NCBI RefSeq assembly: GCF_003334255.1
Contig: NZ_QOWU01000007.1
Reading direction: 5' to 3' (one strand)
DNA length: 64,000 nucleotides
Source: Escherichia coli
GTDB taxonomy: Bacteria; Pseudomonadota; Gammaproteobacteria; Enterobacterales; Enterobacteriaceae
The notes beneath the pieces were generated by a model. It had not been told where the DNA came from, made no database searches, and saw only the letters and a list, made by a program, of their open reading frames with translations. How positions within the stretch are numbered: the stretch's first letter is position 1; each line of letters opens with the position of its first letter. Below are positions 25,961-40,912 of the stretch, piece by piece. The position numbers were made by a program, and so were the translations under genes.

Positions 25961-27121
25961 ATGACGCGTAAACAGGCCACCATCGCAGTGCGTAGCGGGT
26001 TAAATGACGACGAACAGTATGGTTGCGTTGTCCCACCGATCCATCTTTCCAGCACCTATAACTTTACCGGATTTAATGAACCGCGCGCGCATGATTACTC
26101 GCGTCGCGGCAACCCAACGCGCGATGTGGTTCAGCGTGCGCTGGCAGAACTGGAAGGTGGTGCTGGTGCAGTACTTACTAATACCGGCATGTCCGCGATT
26201 CACCTGGTAACGACCGTCTTTTTGAAACCTGGCGATCTGCTGGTTGCGCCGCACGACTGCTACGGCGGTAGCTATCGCCTGTTCGACAGTCTGGCGAAAC
26301 GCGGTTGCTATCGCGTGTTGTTTGTTGATCAAGGCGATGAACAGGCATTACGGGCAGCGCTGGCAGAAAAACCCAAACTGGTACTGGTAGAAAGCCCAAG
26401 TAATCCATTGTTACGCGTCGTGGATATTGCGAAAATCTGCCATCTGGCAAGGGAAGTCGGGGCGGTGAGCGTGGTGGATAACACCTTCTTAAGCCCGGCA
26501 TTACAAAATCCGCTGGCATTAGGTGCCGATCTGGTGTTGCATTCATGCACGAAATATCTGAACGGTCACTCAGACGTAGTGGCCGGCGTGGTGATTGCTA
26601 AAGACCCGGACGTTGTCACTGAACTGGCCTGGTGGGCAAACAATATTGGCGTGACGGGCGGCGCGTTTGACAGCTATCTGCTGCTACGTGGGTTGCGAAC
26701 GCTGGTGCCGCGTATGGAGCTGGCGCAGCGCAACGCGCAGGCGATTGTGAAATACCTGCAAACCCAGCCGTTGGTGAAAAAACTGTATCACCCGTCGTTG
26801 CCGGAAAATCAGGGGCATGAAATTGCCGCGCGCCAGCAAAAAGGCTTTGGCGCAATGTTGAGTTTTGAACTGGATGGCGATGAGCAGACGCTGCGTCGTT
26901 TCCTGGGCGGGCTGTCGTTGTTTACGCTGGCGGAATCATTAGGGGGAGTGGAAAGTTTAATCTCTCACGCCGCAACCATGACACATGCAGGCATGGCACC
27001 AGAAGCGCGTGCTGCCGCCGGGATCTCCGAGACGCTGCTGCGTATCTCCACCGGTATTGAAGATGGCGAAGATTTAATTGCCGACCTGGAAAATGGCTTC
27101 CGGGCTGCAAACAAGGGGTAA
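25961..27121 (+). CDS. metB: Cystathionine gamma-synthase
   Basis: ORF 25784..27121; ATG at 25961 gives 386 aa MTRKQATIAVRSGLNDDEQYGCVVPPIHLSSTYNF. Confidence 0.97.
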   Translation: MTRKQATIAVRSGLNDDEQYGCVVPPIHLSSTYNFTGFNEPRAHDYSRRGNPTRDVVQRALAELEGGAGAVLTNTGMSAIHLVTTVFLKPGDLLVAPHDCYGGSYRLFDSLAKRGCYRVLFVDQGDEQALRAALAEKPKLVLVESPSNPLLRVVDIAKICHLAREVGAVSVVDNTFLSPALQNPLALGADLVLHSCTKYLNGHSDVVAGVVIAKDPDVVTELAWWANNIGVTGGAFDSYLLLRGLRTLVPRMELAQRNAQAIVKYLQTQPLVKKLYHPSLPENQGHEIAARQQKGFGAMLSFELDGDEQTLRRFLGGLSLFTLAESLGGVESLISHAATMTHAGMAPEARAAAGISETLLRISTGIEDGEDLIADLENGFRAANKG

Positions 27122-27123
27122 AA

Positions 27124-29556
27124 ATGAGTGTGATTGCGCAGGCAGGGGCGAAAGGTCGTCAGCTGCATAAATTTGGTGGCAGTAGTCTGGCTGATGTGAA
27201 GTGTTATTTGCGTGTCGCGGGCATTATGGCGGAGTACTCTCAGCCTGACGATATGATGGTGGTTTCCGCCGCCGGTAGCACCACTAACCAGTTGATTAAC
27301 TGGTTGAAACTAAGCCAGACCGATCGTCTCTCTGCGCATCAGGTTCAACAAACGCTGCGTCGCTATCAGTGCGATCTGATTAGCGGTCTGCTACCCGCTG
27401 AAGAAGCCGATAGCCTCATTAGCGCTTTTGTCAGCGACCTTGAGCGCCTGGCGGCGCTGCTCGACAGCGGTATTAACGACGCAGTGTATGCGGAAGTGGT
27501 GGGCCACGGGGAAGTATGGTCGGCACGTCTGATGTCTGCGGTACTTAATCAACAAGGGCTGCCAGCGGCCTGGCTTGATGCCCGCGAGTTTTTACGCGCT
27601 GAACGCGCCGCACAACCGCAGGTTGATGAAGGGCTTTCTTACCCGTTGCTGCAACAGCTGCTGGTGCAACATCCGGGCAAACGTCTGGTGGTGACCGGAT
27701 TTATCAGCCGCAACAACGCCGGTGAAACGGTGCTGCTGGGGCGTAACGGTTCCGACTATTCCGCGACACAAATCGGTGCGCTGGCGGGTGTTTCTCGCGT
27801 AACCATCTGGAGCGACGTCGCCGGGGTATACAGTGCCGACCCGCGTAAAGTGAAAGATGCCTGCCTGCTGCCGTTGCTGCGTCTGGATGAGGCCAGCGAA
27901 CTGGCGCGCCTGGCGGCTCCCGTTCTTCACGCCCGTACTTTACAGCCGGTTTCTGGCAGCGAAATCGACCTGCAACTGCGCTGTAGCTACACGCCGGATC
28001 AAGGTTCCACGCGCATTGAACGCGTGCTGGCCTCCGGTACTGGTGCGCGTATTGTCACCAGCCACGATGATGTCTGTTTGATTGAGTTTCAGGTGCCCGC
28101 CAGTCAGGATTTCAAACTGGCGCATAAAGAGATCGACCAAATCCTGAAACGCGCGCAGGTACGCCCGCTGGCGGTTGGCGTACATAACGATCGCCAGTTG
28201 CTGCAATTTTGCTACACCTCAGAAGTGGCCGACAGTGCGCTGAAAATCCTCGACGAAGCGGGATTACCTGGCGAACTGCGCCTGCGTCAGGGGCTGGCGC
28301 TGGTGGCGATGGTCGGTGCAGGCGTCACCCGTAACCCGCTGCATTGCCACCGCTTCTGGCAGCAACTGAAAGGCCAGCCGGTCGAATTTACCTGGCAGTC
28401 CGATGACGGCATCAGCCTGGTGGCAGTACTGCGCACCGGCCCGACCGAAAGCCTGATTCAGGGGCTGCATCAGTCCGTCTTCCGCGCAGAAAAACGCATC
28501 GGCCTGGTATTGTTCGGTAAGGGCAATATCGGTTCCCGTTGGCTGGAACTGTTCGCCCGTGAGCAGAGCACGCTTTCGGCACGTACCGGCTTTGAGTTTG
28601 TGCTGGCAGGTGTGGTGGACAGCCGCCGCAGCCTGTTGAGCTATGACGGGCTGGACGCCAGCCGCGCGTTAGCCTTCTTCAACGATGAAGCGGTTGAGCA
28701 GGATGAAGAGTCGTTGTTCCTGTGGATGCGCGCCCATCCGTATGATGATTTAGTGGTGCTGGACGTTACCGCCAGCCAGCAGCTTGCTGATCAGTATCTT
28801 GATTTCGCCAGCCACGGTTTCCACGTTATCAGCGCCAACAAACTGGCGGGAGCCAGCGACAGCAATAAATATCGCCAGATCCACGACGCCTTCGAAAAAA
28901 CCGGGCGTCACTGGCTGTACAATGCCACCGTCGGTGCGGGCTTGCCGATCAACCACACCGTGCGCGATCTGATCGACAGCGGCGATACTATTTTGTCGAT
29001 CAGCGGGATCTTCTCCGGCACGCTCTCCTGGCTGTTCCTGCAATTCGACGGTAGCGTGCCGTTTACCGAGCTGGTGGATCAGGCGTGGCAGCAGGGCTTA
29101 ACCGAACCTGACCCGCGTGACGATCTCTCTGGCAAAGACGTGATGCGCAAGCTGGTGATTCTGGCGCGTGAAGCAGGTTACAACATCGAACCGGATCAGG
29201 TACGTGTGGAATCGCTGGTGCCTGCTCATTGCGAAGGCGGCAGCATCGACCATTTCTTTGAAAATGGCGATGAACTGAACGAGCAGATGGTGCAACGGCT
29301 GGAAGCGGCCCGCGAAATGGGGCTGGTGCTGCGCTACGTGGCGCGTTTCGATGCCAACGGTAAAGCGCGTGTAGGCGTGGAAGCGGTGCGTGAAGATCAT
29401 CCGTTGGCATCACTGCTGCCGTGCGATAACGTCTTTGCCATCGAAAGCCGCTGGTATCGCGATAACCCTCTGGTGATCCGCGGACCTGGCGCTGGGCGCG
29501 ACGTCACCGCCGGGGCGATTCAGTCGGATATCAACCGGCTGGCACAGTTGTTGTAA
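27124..29556 (+). CDS. metL: Bifunctional aspartokinase II / homoserine dehydrogenase II
   Basis: 810-aa ORF immediately after metB, MSVIAQAGAKGRQLHKFGGSSLADVKCYLRVAGIM. Confidence 0.97.
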   Translation: MSVIAQAGAKGRQLHKFGGSSLADVKCYLRVAGIMAEYSQPDDMMVVSAAGSTTNQLINWLKLSQTDRLSAHQVQQTLRRYQCDLISGLLPAEEADSLISAFVSDLERLAALLDSGINDAVYAEVVGHGEVWSARLMSAVLNQQGLPAAWLDAREFLRAERAAQPQVDEGLSYPLLQQLLVQHPGKRLVVTGFISRNNAGETVLLGRNGSDYSATQIGALAGVSRVTIWSDVAGVYSADPRKVKDACLLPLLRLDEASELARLAAPVLHARTLQPVSGSEIDLQLRCSYTPDQGSTRIERVLASGTGARIVTSHDDVCLIEFQVPASQDFKLAHKEIDQILKRAQVRPLAVGVHNDRQLLQFCYTSEVADSALKILDEAGLPGELRLRQGLALVAMVGAGVTRNPLHCHRFWQQLKGQPVEFTWQSDDGISLVAVLRTGPTESLIQGLHQSVFRAEKRIGLVLFGKGNIGSRWLELFAREQSTLSARTGFEFVLAGVVDSRRSLLSYDGLDASRALAFFNDEAVEQDEESLFLWMRAHPYDDLVVLDVTASQQLADQYLDFASHGFHVISANKLAGASDSNKYRQIHDAFEKTGRHWLYNATVGAGLPINHTVRDLIDSGDTILSISGIFSGTLSWLFLQFDGSVPFTELVDQAWQQGLTEPDPRDDLSGKDVMRKLVILAREAGYNIEPDQVRVESLVPAHCEGGSIDHFFENGDELNEQMVQRLEAAREMGLVLRYVARFDANGKARVGVEAVREDHPLASLLPCDNVFAIESRWYRDNPLVIRGPGAGRDVTAGAIQSDINRLAQLL

Positions 29557-29829
29557 TTTCAGAAATTTAATAATGCCCGGTACTCATGTTTTCGGGTTTA
29601 TGGTTTCTAATGAAATATATTGAATTATCATAGGATTAGGCCGGATTAAGCGTTTACGACGAATCCGGCAAGAAGCAATAAGTACATGGTTAGTTTATAT
29701 TTGCAGTCCGGTTTGCTTTGCATACCGGATTTTCTTTTTCTTACCATCCTGAAGTTTTTTCATCTTCCCTGATTTTTCCTCACCATCATTGGTCATTTTT
29801 CGGTTGACGCCCTTCGGCTTTTCCTTCAT

Positions 29830-29865
29830 CTTTACATCTGGACGTCTAAACGGATAGATGTGCAC
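29830..29865. promoter_or_regulatory. Met boxes (MetJ operator) in the metF promoter
   Basis: acatctggacgtctaaacggatagatgtgc contains AGACGTCT-like tandem octamers about 50 bp upstream of metF. Confidence 0.7.
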
Positions 29866-29901
29866 AACACAACATATAACTACAAGCGATTGATGAGGTA
29901 A

Positions 29902-30795
<894 letters not shown>

Positions 30796-30994
30796 ATAGT
30801 GTGGCTTTTGTGAAAATCACACAGTGATCACAAATTTTAAACAGAGCACAAAATGCTGCCTCGAAATGAGGGCGGGAAAATAAGGTTATCAGCCTTGTTT
30901 TCTCCCTCATTACTTGAAGGATATGAAGCTAAAACCCTTTTTTATAAAGCATTTGTCCGAATTCGGACATAATCAAAAAAGCTTAATTAAGATC

Positions 30995-31060
30995 AATTTG
31001 ATCTACATCTCTTTAACCAACAATATGTAAGATCTCAACTATCGCATCCGTGGATTAATT
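30995..31060. promoter_or_regulatory. katG promoter region with probable OxyR binding site
   Basis: gatcaatttgatctacatctctttaaccaacaatatgtaagatctcaactatcg upstream of katG, consistent with the OxyR-activated promoter from memory. Confidence 0.5.
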
Positions 31061-31069
31061 CAATTATAA

Positions 31070-33304
<2,235 letters not shown>

Positions 33305-33396
33305 TCTGACCCCGTTCAGCGGCTGCTTGCTGGCAGTCGCTGAACGTTCTTTACCAGCGTATAGTGGGCGAACGAAAACTACACACTGGATCTCTC

Positions 33397-34302
33397 ATGT
33401 CTGCCGCAGGAAAGAGCAACCCACTGGCAATCAGTGGCCTGGTTGTGCTCACACTTATCTGGAGTTATAGCTGGATTTTCATGAAGCAAGTCACCAGTTA
33501 CATCGGTGCCTTCGACTTTACCGCCTTACGCTGCATTTTCGGCGCTCTCGTTTTATTCATCGTCCTTTTATTACGTGGTCGCGGAATGCGCCCGACACCG
33601 TTTAAATACACCTTAGCCATTGCCCTGTTACAAACCTGCGGGATGGTTGGTCTGGCGCAGTGGGCGTTGGTCAGCGGAGGTGCGGGGAAGGTGGCGATCC
33701 TGAGCTATACCATGCCGTTCTGGGTGGTGATTTTCGCCGCGTTGTTTCTCGGTGAACGCCTGCGACGTGGGCAATATTTCGCGATTCTGATTGCCGCTTT
33801 CGGCTTATTTTTGGTGTTGCAGCCGTGGCAACTCGATTTCTCTTCGATGAAAAGTGCCATGCTGGCAATCCTCTCCGGCGTCAGTTGGGGGGCGAGCGCG
33901 ATTGTTGCTAAACGTCTGTATGCCCGTCATCCGCGCGTGGATTTATTGTCGTTAACATCCTGGCAGATGCTGTATGCGGCGCTGGTGATGAGTGTGGTCG
34001 CTTTACTGGTGCCGCAACGTGAAATTGACTGGCAGCCCACCGTGTTCTGGGCGCTGGCCTACAGTGCGATTCTGGCGACGGCACTGGCGTGGAGCTTATG
34101 GTTGTTTGTATTGAAAAACTTGCCTGCCAGTATTGCCAGCTTAAGCACACTGGCCGTTCCCGTTTGCGGCGTACTCTTTTCCTGGTGGCTGCTCGGCGAG
34201 AATCCGGGGGCCGTTGAAGGTAGCGGTATTGTGCTGATTGTGCTGGCACTGGCGCTGGTGAGCCGTAAGAAAAAAGAAGCCGTCAGTGTAAAAAGGATCT
34301 GA
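33397..34302 (+). CDS. yijE: EamA/DMT-family inner-membrane transporter YijE
   Basis: ORF 33364..34302; ATG at 33397 gives 301 aa [26 protein letters not shown]. Confidence 0.85.
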
Positions 34303-34328
34303 ATTTTTTCTTCATGTGGGGCGATCTC

Positions 34329-34946
34329 TTATTTAACAAAATAACGATAATGCCCCACCATCCGCCAGTTAAACAGCACATCTTCTTCCTGCGCGCCTGC
34401 GCCAATGTTATGTATCACCAGCGGCGTACCGTCGCGGGCGAAGCCATCTGAAACCACCCCAATATGTGCCAGCCCGTTATCCAGTCGCCAGGAGACAATA
34501 TCGCCCGCTTGATAGTCACTGGGGTTCTTGCTGGTGGGGCGTGTTTTATCATGGCGGCTAAACCAGGTTTCCAGATTAGGCACCCGACGGTGATCGATGT
34601 TGCTGTCCGGGCGCTTTAACTTCCATTTTTGCGGGTACTCAGCAAAATTCTTCGCCATATCTTCGTGAACCAGTTTCTGCAAATCGACCTTCTGGCTGCG
34701 CAATGCGCGGATCACCACATCGGAACATACACCGCGTTCTTGCGGAACATCACCGCCAGGATAAGTAAGCTGCACATACGCCGGATCGTAAAATAGCGTG
34801 CTGCCAATTTGCTGTCTGGCACCGTCTGCGATGGCAAGGTTGGTATTGGCCTGGATTTGTACCACGGTTGGTGGAACGGCGGGAGATTTTAAGGAGTGGC
34901 TGGTAAATGCCGTTAGCAGGCTGAGCAGCGCCAGTGAAGCTTTCAT
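34329..34946 (-). CDS. yijF: DUF1287 exported protein YijF
   Basis: 205-aa ORF with signal peptide MKASLALLSLLTAFTSHS. Confidence 0.85.
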   Translation of the reverse strand: MKASLALLSLLTAFTSHSLKSPAVPPTVVQIQANTNLAIADGARQQIGSTLFYDPAYVQLTYPGGDVPQERGVCSDVVIRALRSQKVDLQKLVHEDMAKNFAEYPQKWKLKRPDSNIDHRRVPNLETWFSRHDKTRPTSKNPSDYQAGDIVSWRLDNGLAHIGVVSDGFARDGTPLVIHNIGAGAQEEDVLFNWRMVGHYRYFVK

Positions 34947-35075
34947 CTGGTTCGTCCGTGAAAATAAGAGTCACAGATTCGACCTTCCGGGCTAACGATT
35001 GTTCTGTAGAGAAAATGTCCAGAAGCGGATAAAAAATTCCTGAACAACGTGGGAGTTTCAGATTACTGGCACAGA

Positions 35076-35178
35076 GTGCCGGATGCGGAGTGAACGCCTT
35101 ATCCGGCCTACAAAAGCACGCAAATTCAATATATTGCAGAGATTGCGTAGGCCTGATAAGCGTAGCGCATCAGGCAAT
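35076..35178. repeat. REP/BIME element pair between yijF and gldA
   Basis: gtgccggatgcggagtgaacgccttatccggcctaca ... cgtaggcctgataagcgtagcgcatcaggcaa. Confidence 0.85.
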
Positions 35179-35220
35179 TTTGCGTTCAAACTCCCGGACA
35201 AGCCGGGAGTTTGGAGTAGG

Positions 35221-36324
35221 TTATTCCCACTCTTGCAGGAAACGCTGACCGTACTGGTCGGCTACCAGCAGAGCGGCGTAAACCTGATCTGGCGTCGCGC
35301 CGCCAGGCATGTTGTGAATGGTTTCACCTTCTGCACATGCCGCTTCTGCCACAATTCGCATTTTCGCCGGGACATCTTCTTTAATATCCAGTTGAGCGAG
35401 AGTTATTGGCAAACCTACCGCATGGCTAAGGGCAGCTACGGTTTCGATTTCCTCCACCGGCGCATTTTCCAGAACCAGCTGCGTCAGCGTACCGAATGCC
35501 ACTTTTTCACCGTGATAATAGTGATGCGCGTCCGGGATAGCGGTCAGGCCGTTATGCACTGCGTGCGCCGCAGCCAGACCACCACTTTCAAAACCAACAC
35601 CGCTCAAATAGGTGTTCGCTTCAATCACGCGCTCCAGCGCCGGAGTCACTACATGCTGTTCGGCAGCAAGCATCGCTTTTTCGCCTTCTTCCAGCAGGGT
35701 GTTGTAGCACAGTTCAGCCAGTGCCAGCGCAGCCTGGGTGCACTTGCCGCCCGCCATGGTGGTCGCGCCGCTACGAGAGCAGGCACGCGCTTCAAACCAG
35801 GTTGCCAGCGCATCGCCGATACCCGCCGCTAACAGACGTGCAGGTGCGCCAGCGACGATTTTGGTGTCGACAATGACCATATTCGGGTTATTTGGCAACA
35901 GCAGATAGCGGTCAAACTCACCCTCATCGGTGTAGATAACAGACAATGCGCTGCACGGTGCATCGGTAGAGGCGATAGTCGGTGCGATCGCTACCGGAAC
36001 ACCCATGAAATGTGCCAGTGCTTTGGCAGTATCGAGGGTTTTTCCGCCACCGATACCGAGAATTGCGCCACACTGCGCAGTCTCCGCGATGCCACGCAGA
36101 CGGTCGATCTCATTTTGCGAACATTCACCGCCAAACGGCGCAATTTCTACTACCAGTCCAGCATCTTTAAAGCTTTTCTCGACAGTGGATTGAGCAAAAC
36201 CTAAAACAAATTTGTCACCCACCACTAACCAGCGTTCTGCCAGCGGCTTCAGGTATTCGCCCAGACGATTAATCACATCAGCGCCCTGGATGTATTTACC
36301 CGGTGATTGAATAATGCGGTCCAT
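35221..36324 (-). CDS. gldA: Glycerol dehydrogenase (NAD+)
   Basis: ORF 35221..36363; ATG at 36324 gives 367 aa [28 protein letters not shown]. Confidence 0.95.
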
Positions 36325-36334
36325 AATTGCTCCT

Positions 36335-36997
36335 TTAGAGATGAGTAGTGCCAAATGCGGCATTCCAGTCGTGTTCGAACTTCTCTATAGCTGACTCTAC
36401 CGCAGGGGTGTTGAGCATTTGTTGCGCTACATCTAAGGGCAGGGTGATGGATTCACATCCTGCCAGTAAACAGTCCAGCGCCTGACGCGGCGTTTTAAAG
36501 CTGGCTGCCAGCACCATGCTTTCTGGCGCGTGCATTTCTAACAGCGTTTGCAGCTCCTGAACCGTACGAATGCCGTCTCCGCCCTGGGCATCTACGCGGT
36601 TAACATACGGAGCAACGTATTTTGCCCCTGCCAGTGCGGCTAATAACCCTTGTGCGGCGCTATATACAGCAGTGCCAAGTGTAGTAATACCCTCTTTTTT
36701 CAGTATTTTAATTGCTGCCAGACCTTCGGAAGTCACCGGGATTTTCACCACAATACCCGGAATAGCGTCGCGCAGGCGCTTCGCTTCTTCCACCATCCCC
36801 TGCGCGTCGCGGCTCATGGTCTGAGCAAACAGAATGCCCTCATCACCAATCGCTTTTTGCAGACGCGGCAGCACTTCCCATATGGACTCCTTGCTGGCAG
36901 CGATAATGCTCGGGTTAGTTGTCACCCCGGCAATGGGGAATATGCGTGCCAGACGTTCGACTTCTGCGACGTTAGCGGTGTCCAGATACAGTTCCAT
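36335..36997 (-). CDS. fsaB: Fructose-6-phosphate aldolase 2
   Basis: 220-aa [35 protein letters not shown]. Confidence 0.95.
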
Positions 36998-37008
36998 GAT
37001 GTTTCCTT

Positions 37009-39510
37009 TTACAGTTCCAGTTCATGTTGCAGCAGGCTGGCGATAGCGTCGGCAGAGGCGGCGTTAACCAGCGCGTTACGGAATTCTTCGTGCATGATGC
37101 GGCGAGCGAGGCGCGAGAAAATGCGCATATGCTGATCGCCCGCAGCGTGTTTGTTCAGGGTTAACATAATGATGAATTGCGCTTCATCATCGCCCCAGCG
37201 CACCGGCGCTTGCAGACGCGCCACGCTGATGGTGGATTGCTCAATGTGTTCTGATTTGCTGTGTGGAATGGCAAAACTAAAGCCCAGACCGGTAGAGAAA
37301 ACGGCCTCGCGCGCCCACAAGTCGGCTTCCAGTTTACGCGGATAGCGGCAGCGGCCCGCCAGCAGCAGGTTATCGGTCATGCCTTTGAGCACTTCTTCTT
37401 TGCTGCGCCAGTCGCTTTCCAGTGTGATGCACTCGGCGGTGACCAGCGGTGCGTCTTGTTGGGTCATGCGGAATTGCGCCAGCAGGTGTTCCACTTCCAG
37501 CGAAGTACGGCAGGCCATTGCCTGGTTGAGCAACTTGCGGCACTCACGGCTATCAAGTTGCGCCATCCGAGCTTTCGCCGCCGGAATTGATGGTGCGCTC
37601 ATGCTGAGTTCATCCAGCCCTAAGCCGACCAGCAACGGCAGCACGGAACCTTTCGCTCCCAGCTCACCGCACAGACCAATCCATTTGCCCTGGCGATGCA
37701 CCGCTTGCACGGCGTAATCGAGCGCCCGCAAGAATGCCGGATTCAGGCTGTTGTAGTGACGAGTAACCTTAGCGTTATCGCGATCCACCGCCAGCAGATA
37801 CTGCGTCAGGTCATTACTACCAATACTAAAGAAATCAATCTCTTCGCAGCATTGATCGATGATGAACATCACCGACGGCACTTCCAGCATGATGCCGAGC
37901 TGGATTTTCTCATCAAACGGAATGTGTTCGTTACGTAGTTGCTGTTTGGCTTCCGCCAGTTTTTCTTTCACCCATAAGATCTCTTCCATTGAGGAGATCA
38001 TCGGGATCATGATTTTCAGGCTGCCGTGAGCGGAGGCGCGGAGGATCGACCGTAGCTGCGTGGTAAACAACGACGCGTACTCTTCATAAATACGCACGGC
38101 GCGATAACCGAGGAACGGGTTTGCCTCTGCGGGAATGTTCAGATAATCAACGGGTTTGTCGCCGCCAATGTCCATAGTGCGCACAATAATGCTGCGTCCG
38201 TTGGCGGATTCCAGCGCCTGACAAAAAATGTTGTACAACTCGCTTTCGCCCGGTGCGCTGGTGCGATCCATATAGAGCATTTCAGTGCGGAACAAACCAA
38301 CGCCTTCCGCACCATTGCCGAATGCGGCCTGCGCTTCCACGGAGTGAGCGATGTTAGCGGCAATTTCAATGCGGATACCGTCAGCGGTACGGGCTTGTTG
38401 GGTCAGCCAGACACGCTGTTGCTCACGCAGGGCGTCCTGTACGCGGGCTTCTTGCTGATAATAACGAGCTACGGCTTCCCCTGGCTCAACCACAATCGCC
38501 CCGGCGTTGCCGTCGATATAAATCGTTTGTTGCTGCCACGGAGTAAGGGCATCAATATCCACACCAACCAGCGTTGGAATGTTGAACGAACGGGCAAGGA
38601 TCACCGTATGTGAGGTGGTGCCGCCGCTTTTGAGCAACAATCCTTTGAGGTGATTTTTATCCAGTTCGAGGAACTGGCTGGGGGTCAGTTCATCAGCCAT
38701 ACAAATGGCGGGCTGCGTCAGTTTGCCCGGTGCCGGGAAGCGTTGCTCACCGTAGATTTGCTGGAGTAACTGGAAGCAGACGTCGCGTACGTCCAGGGCA
38801 CGTTCTTGCAGGTAGCTGCTGCTGGAACGGGAAAACTCTTCGCAAAAGTGATTCGCGCTGGCAACAATTGCTTCGGCGCAGCTTAATCCGGCGCTGACGC
38901 CTGCCAGTAAATGTTCGCGCAGGGAAGTATCGCCAGCCAGGGATCGGTGAGCTTCCAGAATCGCGCTGGTAGCACCGTCGCTATCCAGCAGACGAAACTC
39001 AATGTTTTTCAGTACCAGCGTCAGGCCGTTTTCCAGTGCGGATTGCTCGGCGTCAACGCCTTTGGCTGCGGGAAGATTACCCAGCGCATTGAGATCTAAA
39101 GAAGAGATCGGCGTCAGAATGCCGCCTGCACTACCGCTGCACACGGTGCGGGCGCGGATAATTTGCGGATTCAGATTGGTCAGTGAAACCGGCAGTGGTT
39201 CCAGTTCGTCAGATTTAACTTCCGCCAGCGGCGCATCGCAGTGGGGGAATTCATCGCGCAGCCATTGGCTTAAACGCTGGTGCGCTTCCTGTTCGTCGGC
39301 CCCGGAAATCAGTAACTGGCAGTTATCGCCCGCCAGCGTATCGGTGCCAATCAGCGCAAGGGCGCTTTTGGCGTTGCCCTTGCGGTCAGTGCGCAGGTTA
39401 TGCCACTCAATTTGTGATGAAAAAGTATTACACAGCGTTTCAACGTGGCTTGCCGGACGCGCATGTACGCCGTTAGGTAGCTCACAAATAAATTCCACAA
39501 TCAGGGCCAT
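37009..39510 (-). CDS. ptsA: Multiphosphoryl transfer protein PtsA/FrwA (EI-HPr-EIIA fusion)
   Basis: 833-aa [27 protein letters not shown]; PEP-utilizing enzyme region with HPr-like and EIIA domains. Confidence 0.92.
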
Positions 39511-39818
39511 TGCCTCTCTCCCGGTACGGTTTTCTGTTTACAGGATAAGAGCGCACGGCAACGGCCTGCCATGTGACAAATCTGCCAAAAGCTGGACAAA
39601 TGTAATGTAACCGTCAATTTGCGACGCGTCTCACAAGACGCTGTTTTGCGGCATGCTTCCGGTTTATCGCAAGTTATGAGGCGGATCGCATTTTTGTACT
39701 GATATTACAAAAGTCCAGTAAATGGCCTTTTTATCCACTGTTTGCTCCGCCTGCGATTGCCTATTGTTTCCTCCATCAAAAATATGGACATGGGCTTTCG
39801 CAAGCCCGGGAGCAGCTT

Positions 39819-40898
39819 ATGAATGAGTTGGTGCAGATCCTGAAAAATACCCGTCAGCATTTAATGACGGGCGTTTCACACATGATTCCCTTCGTGGTAT
39901 CGGGCGGTATTTTGCTGGCGGTTTCCGTCATGTTGTATGGCAAAGGCGCAGTGCCGGATGCCGTAGCCGATCCAAATCTGAAAAAACTGTTTGATATCGG
40001 CGTTGCGGGCTTGACGCTGATGGTGCCTTTCCTCGCAGCGTACATCGGTTATTCCATTGCAGAGCGTTCTGCGCTGGCTCCGTGCGCTATCGGTGCCTGG
40101 GTTGGTAACAGCTTTGGTGCGGGCTTCTTTGGTGCACTGATCGCCGGGATTATCGGCGGCATCGTGGTGCATTACCTGAAGAAAATTCCGGTGCATAAAG
40201 TTCTGCGCTCGGTGATGCCTATCTTCATTATTCCTATCGTCGGCACACTGATTACCGCAGGCATCATGATGTGGGGCTTGGGCGAGCCTGTAGGGGCGTT
40301 GACCAACAGCCTGACTCAGTGGCTTCAGGGGATGCAGCAGGGCAGCATTGTTATGCTGGCGGTGATCATGGGTCTGATGCTGGCGTTCGATATGGGCGGT
40401 CCGGTTAACAAAGTGGCCTATGCCTTCATGCTGATTTGCGTTGCTCAGGGTGTTTATACCGTGGTGGCCATCGCTGCCGTGGGTATTTGTATCCCGCCGC
40501 TGGGGATGGGGCTGGCGACGCTGATTGGTCGTAAAAATTTCTCCGCAGAAGAGCGCGAAACCGGCAAAGCGGCACTGGTGATGGGCTGTGTTGGCGTTAC
40601 TGAAGGGGCGATTCCTTTCGCCGCTGCCGATCCGCTGCGTGTCATTCCTTCCATCATGGTCGGTTCAGTTTGTGGTGCAGTAACTGCGGCGCTGGTCGGT
40701 GCGCAGTGCTATGCAGGCTGGGGTGGTCTGATTGTGCTGCCGGTGGTTGAAGGCAAGCTGGGTTATATCGCAGCAGTGGCTGTCGGAGCAGTGGTGACGG
40801 CTGTTTGTGTGAACGTGCTGAAAAGTCTGGCGCGTAAAAATGGGTCTTCGACTGATGAAAAAGAAGACGACCTGGATTTGGATTTTGAAATTAATTAA
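39819..40898 (+). CDS. frwC: Fructose-like PTS EIIC component FrwC
   Basis: 359-aa polytopic ORF MNELVQILKNTRQHLMTGVSHMIPFVVSGGILLAV. Confidence 0.92.
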   Translation: MNELVQILKNTRQHLMTGVSHMIPFVVSGGILLAVSVMLYGKGAVPDAVADPNLKKLFDIGVAGLTLMVPFLAAYIGYSIAERSALAPCAIGAWVGNSFGAGFFGALIAGIIGGIVVHYLKKIPVHKVLRSVMPIFIIPIVGTLITAGIMMWGLGEPVGALTNSLTQWLQGMQQGSIVMLAVIMGLMLAFDMGGPVNKVAYAFMLICVAQGVYTVVAIAAVGICIPPLGMGLATLIGRKNFSAEERETGKAALVMGCVGVTEGAIPFAAADPLRVIPSIMVGSVCGAVTAALVGAQCYAGWGGLIVLPVVEGKLGYIAAVAVGAVVTAVCVNVLKSLARKNGSSTDEKEDDLDLDFEIN

Positions 40899-40912
40899 TT
40901 GAGGAACGAGCC

